Shown here in pieces: positions 55,480-64,000 of a stretch of DNA of 64,000 nt. How positions within the stretch are numbered: position 1 is the stretch's first letter; each line of letters starts with the position of its first letter. The stretch is from Eledone cirrhosa (taxonomy: Eukaryota), in contig OZ024740.1 of assembly GCA_964016885.1 (NCBI GenBank), positions 256,556,001 through 256,620,000 of the forward strand, written 5' to 3'. The notes beneath the pieces are model-generated. The model was not told the DNA's origin. It saw only the letters and a list, made by a program, of their open reading frames with translations, and made no database searches. Made by a program: the position numbers and the translations under genes.

Positions 55480-55691
55480 GTGTGTGGGTGTGTGTGTGTG
55501 TATTAGGTAATTCCGAAGAAAATGCAGAGGAAAAAAGTTGCCCTATGTATAGAACAAAGCTATTTAATTAGAAAGTGAACAGCACAGTATATAACTTCTC
55601 CATCACCAGAGGTTTCTGGATCCAAGACAATATTAATATACGTCTGGATCGTTCATTAGACAGAGATGTTATCATAACATCTCTTTCTAAT

Positions 55692-55756
<65 letters not shown>

Positions 55757-55880
55757 CCGTTGCTCGCACCAACCTGAGGTATATGGCCTTTAATGCGACG
55801 AAATGCCTACGACGGTTGGAAGGCCACTGATGAGGACAAACTTTTTCATATGTAACCCCTTTGCAGCGCCGCAGCTCCAT

Positions 55881-55925
<45 letters not shown>

Positions 55926-56485
55926 GCTTGATTTTTTTCATTTTTTCCTCTCTTTACGTTGCCTCACCATTCTTGTCTGTTTACATGTCTTTCTCTTTCT
56001 CCACCCAACTCTTTTTATCCCAACAACTTATTTTAGTTATTGTATCGCCCGAGGCGGAGGTATATTGTCTGTAATGCGAAGAAATACCTATGATGCCTAG
56101 TAGCCAACTGATGATGGATATTCCTAACCTCTATTTCTAATTCTTCATTTATTATTATTATATATATAATATATTTCTTTAATGGAATATATCCAAAGGA
56201 GATTAATCATTATTGCAAGGTATCTATATTCACAATTTCTCGTTAAATTTTAGTATGTTACCTCCGTAATTGTGTGTATTTACACTCTTTACAAATTATC
56301 CCTGTCAATGTTTTATATGTTTATTATATATATATATTAATCTACCTTTAATTTAATTCTTATTAAATCCTCGGATTTAATCCTTTGAATCTCTGAGCTT
56401 CTTCTACAGGTTGTAGGCGCATGTTTCTGATCTTCTCCGACATGACATCTTTAATTTTGTTAGTATATATACATACATATATATA

Positions 56486-56601
<116 letters not shown>

Positions 56602-56670
56602 GGGGTAGAACACTGGTAATATCCGTAGTGGCAGAGCACTCAGTCTAGAAGATGAGTTTCGTAGAAGTAT

Positions 56671-56794
56671 TAACACGACAGTTAATTCACCATACTGAGA
56701 ACAATCGTTTCACCTTAGCGGATCTTCAGTCTGGGCTGAAGATCCGCTAAGGTGAAACAATTGTTCTCGGTATGGTGTACTAACTGTTGTGTTA
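56671..56794. repeat. Palindrome (about 59-bp arms) centred on a hammerhead core
   Basis: taacacgacagtta...ggatcttcag mirrors ctgaagatcc...taactgttgtgtta. Confidence 0.9.
56733..56768 (+). ncRNA. Minimal hammerhead motif within a fold-back palindrome (mirror copy on the minus strand at 56696-56730)
   Basis: GGG-CUGAAGA-UCC(GCUAA)GGU-GAAAC-AAUU-GUU-CUC. Confidence 0.68.
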
Positions 56795-56796
56795 CT

Positions 56797-56884
<88 letters not shown>

Positions 56885-56888
<4 letters not shown>

Positions 56889-57103
56889 AATAATGGTTTT
56901 TAAGACGGGGTTAAATCACCATAATTGTTTATTGCATTATACATTTTTGTTCCACGGGATTCTATTCCACAACGATTGCATATCTGTACCCATGATTGCA
57001 TAAGCATCTGACGAAGTCACATGAATAACCATGTATCAGAAATATACTTAATTCAATAAACAATTATGGTGATTTAACCCCATCTTAACTACAATTATTT
57101 GAT
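56885..57103. repeat. Inverted repeat (about 50-bp arms) after (AT)n
   Basis: atcaaataat...ggggttaaatcaccataattgtttattg mirrors caataaacaattatggtgatttaacccc...attatttgat. Confidence 0.8.
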
Positions 57104-57550
57104 AAATAAATACTCCGTCACTCATTATAACCTACAAGGGATAAACTACTCACGTATAAGTTGTTCGCTAGGACCTGCTTATCATCAGGAAATTACTACG
57201 TAACAATTAAGATAAACAACACTCTTATATATATACATATATAAATTTGATAAACAACACTCTTATATATATACGTATATAAATTTGAATTTTGAATGTA
57301 TGTTAGGCTATAGTAAGATGCAATAACTCTGATTTGATTACAACAGAGTCGAAAAATGTTTTAAACTGTCAAGGTTGGAGATGCAATATATTATCAAGCG
57401 TTCACCAACAACCATGTATATGCTCCTCCAATTCTATAAAAAAAATTCTATAAAAATTCTATAAAAAAAATTCTATAAAAAAATTTAACCCTTTCATTAC
57501 TTTATTTTTAATGAAAGACTACCTATAATTTTAATATAGCTTTAAAAATA

Positions 57551-57836
57551 AGGTATTTGACGGCTTATAAGACGCCCTTTTTTCCAAAACTATGTCCCAG
57601 AAAATCATCCTGCATCTTATAAGATGAATGTCAGTTTGGATTAATGCAGTTGTCATTAAATTAAACCGCAAACATCTCTAGAATTGCGATGTAGAATAAT
57701 AGTAAAAATATGATATACAAACTTTATACCTTTCCCATGACATTCGTAGTTTAAACCTATTTATTCATTTTTTTAATGCCTGCCCAAACTGAGGTGCGTC
57801 TTATAAGCCCATGCGTCACATGTGTGAAATACGGTA
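57551..57836. mobile_element. pogo/Tc1-mariner-like MITE remnant
   Basis: Subterminal inverted motif ggcttataagacgc / gcgtcttataagcc; right end gaaatacggTA. Confidence 0.6.
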
Positions 57837-59769
57837 ATCAATAATTTTGAGAGGTTTAGTAATATAATTAACTTTCTCGTTCTTAAACTGTGTTCGGTGT
57901 ATAACTTAACAAGGCTTCTTAAAATTAAGAAGGAAGTTTTTTCAGATAAATATAAACAATGTAACGCTTTCATGTAGCATAGTATTGAATTTTTAATTTT
58001 GTTTTCATTGTTTTGTTTTTGTTTCGTATATATAAAGGAGATTAAATATCTTTCTCAGTCTGATATGGCTTATGAGCATTATACGGAAGAATAAATTGAT
58101 TATAAATGAATACATGCTCTCCACAGATTTATTGTCATATAGCGAGACTTTTCCGCAATACCGTATTTAAATACATATAATGTGTCCACGATACAGTTAA
58201 TTGAAAACATTAACGAAAGCTACATAGGAAAACTCCCACGCAGCCATAAATGCGTAGTAAAAGAGCTAGCTTCGTAGCGGAGCTGTTTCGGAATCAGCCT
58301 CACTGGATAGCATACTAAGCAACTGTCCTATACTATCGCCTCGGGTTAACCAATGCCTTGTGAGTGAAATTTGCTAGACAGAAACTGTGCAAAGGCTCTT
58401 TCTAACCCCCCCCCCCCCCCCCCCACACACACACAGCCATACTCACACATATATATGCGCGTGCGTAGGTGCATGTGTGTGTATGTTTGTGTGTTCCTGT
58501 CTGTGTTTATGATTGCTGTTTGTTTATATTAGGTAATGTACGGCGGCGAATTGTAAGATTCGTTAGAACGTCGGATAGAATGCTTTGCAGTATTCGTTCC
58601 GGCTCTTGACCCTCTGAGTTCATATCATATCGAAGTCAACTTTGCCTTTCATCCTTTCGAGGTCGATAAAAATGTACCATTCCAGTACTGGGTTAATTCT
58701 TCCTCTTTATCACATCATCTCTCTCACTGTCTATCCTTCTCTAGAAGAAATATGCTGTTCTCAGGCCTGGAGAGGGATGGGCTCAGCCAGGCTTACAATG
58801 CACAAGGAACTCCGTATGTCAATATGGCGCCCCTACAACTCCACAGGAGCTACGGGAAAGAAGATATTAGGAAACGTAATGATTCGAAAAACAAAGATTG
58901 CTACTAGTCTTGGAAATAAAGTAAGTACTGGGGTCGAGATGATTAACTAAATCACATGACGTTACTACTCAAGCGTGGCCGCGGTCTAATGACTCCTTTT
59001 TACTCTTCTCTTTGATTCTTAATTCCTGATGTAATCGTAGGTTTACTATCGTAATCTATGATGTATCTTGTGCCTTTTAAACCCAACGGTGGCCATTCCT
59101 CTCCAGTTCTGAATACAGCTGATTTCTTCCAGTGAGCCAGAAGGACCAAGGGAAAGAGAGAAAGGTAGGGAAGAGGAAGTGAGAAAGATACATATATGAA
59201 GGCAAGACGCTAGTTCTGGATTAGTACTATATTTCTCAATCTAGAAACGATGAAAGGCAAAGTCAAGCTCGATGAGGTTTGGACCAAAAGCTCAGAGACC
59301 TGAAACAATACTGCATAGCATTCTAGCCAAGTTCTAGCATCTCTGACAATTTGCCGCCTTAATCGAATGAATGAAATCTGTAGAAAAAATATAAGAACAA
59401 AAAATATTATAATTGCTTCAGTTTCTCATGTTATATTGACATAAAAATAATGATACACTGCTTTCACACGGGACTTTATGAATTCCTATTTGTCTCTATG
59501 TCGGAATTAATTATTCATGAAATTCATATAATGACTTGGCTTACACCAAGAAAACATTAAACACGGCACAAGACAGCACAGGTTGGTAAAATGTTAAGTT
59601 TTGCGAGTAAAAATATTGTTAAATAAAAATAGCAAACGTAAAATATAACAAAAAAAAAAAAAATTCACCAATAGCGGGGGAAGGGGAGGGGGATTTCTGA
59701 GGGTCACTTGTGGAAAAGGCCCAAAGAAAGGCCCGGTAACTTTGACCGCCAAGGAAAGTGGCCCCTTCG

Positions 59770-60340
59770 AGTTTAGACGTGTATATTCGGAGCAAGCCCG
59801 TTCACTCGGCCATATTCACCATTCTCCTTCCCTTATTTTTCTTCAAGTGAATCTTTAAGAAGTTAATGAGGGATTGTCCAAAGAGGAAAGTGTTTATCTT
59901 CAGTTCTCTTAGTTACGTTCTTCATACTATGTCTTTCGACATAGCCACTAAGCAGATAAAAACTGCTTGTTCAACGGCTAAAGGAAAGCGGTGGAGGGAT
60001 ATTCACGATAAACTCAGCTGATAGCCGGATCCTTCCTATACCTGACATCAATTGATAAATCAGCACTGATGGGACTCTTGACATGTTTGTGCAAGATTGT
60101 TTTGTCGCCTTCCGTGCTTCTCGAACAGGCACAGCTAACGGCACATCCTTGCCTGTTGAGTTTATATCGAATAGGCAATTTCTCCGGGTAGCACTGCCTG
60201 ATCAGGGATTTCTGAAAGTTATCCATTGGCCCTGAACTAAAAGTCTTCCCGAAAAGGGTGACTAGTTGACTTTCGTCTACGCTCAGAGCCTTCCCAAGAA
60301 CGACGCCACTTTTGCTTGCTATTATACTAATTCGCTATAA
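59770..60340 (-). mobile_element. Highly degenerate Tx1-like 3' fragment
   Basis: MDNFQKSLIRQCYPEKLPIRYKLNRQG.AVS.ACSR...KTILH parallels the ORF at 29882-30247. Confidence 0.7.
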
Positions 60341-60604
60341 TACACTAAAAGGAATTTCCACAGATCTTGCTACCCAATTGGCATAAGGCTGTGGTCGCTT
60401 GAAGGCATTTCAGTTGCCAAGTATCCCTCTCGGTCTTCTCTTGACCGAGGTCGACGTGAGGATAAAGACCCTGGCCCAAAATGCCGCACAATGGGATGGA
60501 ACTCGAGCCTTTTGATAACGAAGTGAAATACTTCGCCATTCGACCATGCTGCGCTTATGAAAAAGAAAATACAAAAATATGGTGAGATGTTATAAGAATA
60601 CAGC

Positions 60605-60912
60605 AGCTCATGTGGGTTAGTGATCAGGGTAGTCGGCTCACAATTGTAAGGGCATGAGTTTGATTCCAGGAAGTGCATTGTTTTCTTGAGCAAGACACAT
60701 TATTTCACGTTGTTCCAGTTCACTCAGCTGGCAAAAATGAGTTTTACCTGTAATTCGAAGGGTCGGTCCTATCACATTCTGTCTCACGCTATATCTCCCT
60801 GAGAAGCGCGTTAAGGGTACGTGAACCAGTGGAATGCTCATCCACTTCACGATCAGGATATTCCCTTGATTAAATCATCTGGAACACGCGCCGTCGTAAA
60901 CGACGGCGTGCC
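60605..60912 (+). mobile_element. tRNA-derived SINE, family B
   Basis: gtgggttagtg...gagtttgattcc, then cttgagcaagacac..tatttcacgttg..ccagttcactcagctg. Related copies at 24541-24680 (plus) and about 19985-20305 and 10625-10800 (minus). Confidence 0.7.
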
Positions 60913-63325
60913 AATTTCATTTTACAGTAGTTCATTAGTTATAGTGACTGCTACGTAAGTTCACACGAAGTTCACACGATGGTGGGATTATTTGCATATG
61001 CGTATAGCTATTAGTTTCACGGGAATGTGAACTAATTTGCATTTCACAGGAACATAATATACCAACTATTGACTAATCGTTTCCTTTTTCTGTTGGCCGG
61101 TGTTGAAACATTGGTCCCTGAACTGTGGTCTTTCACTTTGAAATCAGTAAGACGGTATTTCACTCGAGAAAGGAATTCTGTGCGATGGAAAGATTAGGAG
61201 GGTATTTCACCCAAGGAAGGTGTCCCGTGGGATGGCGAGACAGATGCAGCGATTATAGCTGGCTCTTCTCCGCGGCAATGCTTTTACAATCCTGTCCATC
61301 GGGCACAGCCAAGAGTTCCAAGATAGTCCCTTCCCAATCCGTCTCTTTTTCTTTCTTTAGTTTCTCCTATTTGTTTTTTCTTTCTTTCTCTATTTAAAAA
61401 AATATATATTTACTTCGTTTCTAATACATATTCGTTCAAAGGAAAGAATATAGTACAATATTGGAACAATTTTGTGGCTATGAGGCAATATTTCATAAAT
61501 AAAATGAGAAACAAAACGAAAGTATGGGCTAATTTGCATATAGAATGAGTTTCATAACCTGTAGTAAATTCATGTCTAACATTAATTACAAGGCATACAG
61601 CAGAATAGCAAGTTATATCGATATCAACAGGTGCAGAATAAGCATGTTTGGGGCGCCGCTGTGAAAATTAAGCGAGGGTCCTTATATAGTATTCATGGTA
61701 GGCTAAAAATTAATTAAGGGCAACTTTGAATGTTGTGGGACCCAGTCACTCTCCTCTATTCTTAATCCGCCATTAGACACTTGTCCTATACTAGCCCGTA
61801 TTTTATCGACCTCCGAAAATTTAAGGCACAAGCTGAACACGAAAATAATAACTTAAACGACGCAGTCAAAATCCGCGAATCATTTAAATTGCCGCTACAC
61901 CACTTCTGTAAGTCACCCGCAAACGAACATTAAGAAATTACGAAATAAAATCACGCACGAAGAAATAAGTTTAAACATCAGCCTGTGTGTGTGTGTGAAA
62001 TTAGCTCCTGCAAAACATATATAGAAGTAAGCATTCAGATTTAGTCATAAATATCTAATTAATTTTTGCATTAATCGGTTTTGTTCTGGCTGTCAGATGA
62101 CTCCTCTTAGTGGTCGGAATTCTGATTTAGGCACAAGGCCAATAGTTTGGGGTTAAGGGAAGTCGATTAAATTGATCCCAGTGCCTTACCAACCCCGTAT
62201 ACGAGCTAACCTCGGCGGGATTTGATCTTTGAACGTAAAGGGCCTTAACTATTTGCCACAAAGCATGTTGTCCTACACTTTACCGATACTGCCAATCGGT
62301 GGTAGAGGTCGGAAAAATAATAATGGTTTCTGATTTAGGTAGAAGGCCTACAACTTTGGGGAAGGGAAAAGTCGATTAAATCGACGCCAGTACATTATAG
62401 GTACTTATTTTATTTTACTGACCCCGCAAGGATGAAAGGCAAATCTAACCTCGGCAGGATTTGAACTCAGAACTTAAGGGGACTTAACTATATGTCACAA
62501 AGCATGTTGTCCGACGCTCTACCGATACCCAATCGTGTGTATATGTTGTTTTTAAGTACTTTATATTTTGAACTAAGTTCACACACCCTTAACACTACTC
62601 CACAGATGAAGAAATGCTGATGAAGGATATGTATGATAGAAGAATGGATACCCAATAGCATGTGATATGTTGTTGGGACTGTTGTATTCTCTGACTGGGA
62701 AGAGAAAGATTACTTTCTAAGATTCAGTTATAGTAATATGGAGGATGTGTGATCACAAGGAGCGTTCCTTGGTGTTGTTCAAGTATAACATTTGAAACTC
62801 ATAAGACTGGCGAGATTTGTAAACCGCCATGAACACTGTCCAATTATTCTGGGCTAAATAATGACAAGAAGAAATAGCAGAAGGCACTTTTTTATAGTTT
62901 TCGAAGAAAAGGTTTATTTCGAAGCTTGATAGAATGATTTACTGTATTCGTTCTTGTTTTCTGCACAATGAGTTAAAATCTGGTCGAGGTCAACTTTACC
63001 TTTCAAGGTTGACAAAGGACATCTCTATCTCTCGTTCCTGCTTTCTCTCTCGCCTATTTTCTCTTTTCCTGGAAGAAATCGGTTGTATTCCGACCTGGTA
63101 TAACAAACATACATAAGTCTCGCTGTGAGTATTTTAAGCCACGATCCTGTCACAACTATCTTAGAAAGTTTGTGAGAACACCAGATACTATAGTATTTCA
63201 GAGTGCCATTCAAAGAGGCTAGGAAGCTAAAAATTCTCATATATAATAAATCTATTTATATGTATCATACAAAAACATATTGTATATGTTGCAATAAACA
63301 TGTCCCTCTCTCCCTCTCTCTTTCT

Positions 63326-63431
<106 letters not shown>

Positions 63432-63503
63432 ATATGTCACTATCTGTAAAACAACTTTTGTATTTTATCTATTGGGAGCTTACCAAAAAAAATTGGGTAG
63501 CCT

Positions 63504-63678
63504 TGAAATATATATAATAAAATAATAAATATGGTTTTATAAATATAGTTTCCATTTATTAATATTATTGATATTATACTCCAGAAGAAAACTGTAGAGT
63601 GCTTCTAATATGTTATAAACTAAATTTGTTGAATAACCAACAAATTAAATAACTCATTGGTTATATATACACACACAT

Positions 63679-63751
<73 letters not shown>

Positions 63752-63898
63752 AAGTTTTATTTAAATTGTTGGGTTACAACGAGTAAATATTTATAACTGA
63801 TATAAAAGCACTCAACAAGTATTTGGAGTATATTTACGATATTAAATAAATGGAAACTATATTTATAAAACCATATTTATTTCATTATATATATTTCA
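63504..63898. repeat. Diverged inverted repeat flanking (CA)n(AT)n
   Basis: tgaaatatatataat...aatatggttttataaatatagtttccatttatt mirrors aataaatggaaactatatttataaaaccatatt...attatatatatttca. Confidence 0.8.
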
Positions 63899-64000
63899 GG
63901 GATATCATATTAAAAATATGGTATGCCTTCATCAGACAAAATACAATATAAACAGTCTTATAAATAGATAGATTTGACATACCTTACAACTTCAACTTCC

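Overview
Eukaryotic, AT-rich, repeat-saturated intergenic or intronic DNA. The SINE family and microsatellite load suggest an octopod cephalopod (inference). No intact host protein-coding gene is supported: most ORF-track entries are microsatellite read-throughs or antisense frames of decayed retroelements. Contents: degenerate non-LTR retrotransposons (several RTE-type, two CR1/L2-type, Tx1/L1-type, one CRE-type with an internal inversion), four Penelope-like (GIY-YIG/RT) fragments, a Helitron RepHel fragment, a pogo-like MITE, many tRNA-derived SINE copies, and abundant (AT)n/(CA)n/(AG)n tracts. The most notable signal is a population of small non-coding elements sitting in (AT)n tracts, often as fold-back palindromes, many carrying type I hammerhead ribozyme (HHR) motifs. 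The clearest case is 22101-23732: one inverted plus about 4.2 direct, apparently identical 310-bp units, each with an intact minimal HHR (a retrozyme-like array predicted to release 310-nt structured, possibly circular, RNAs). A second HHR at 44147-44300 has an unusually long helix II. All folds were paired by eye; none was computed or tested.
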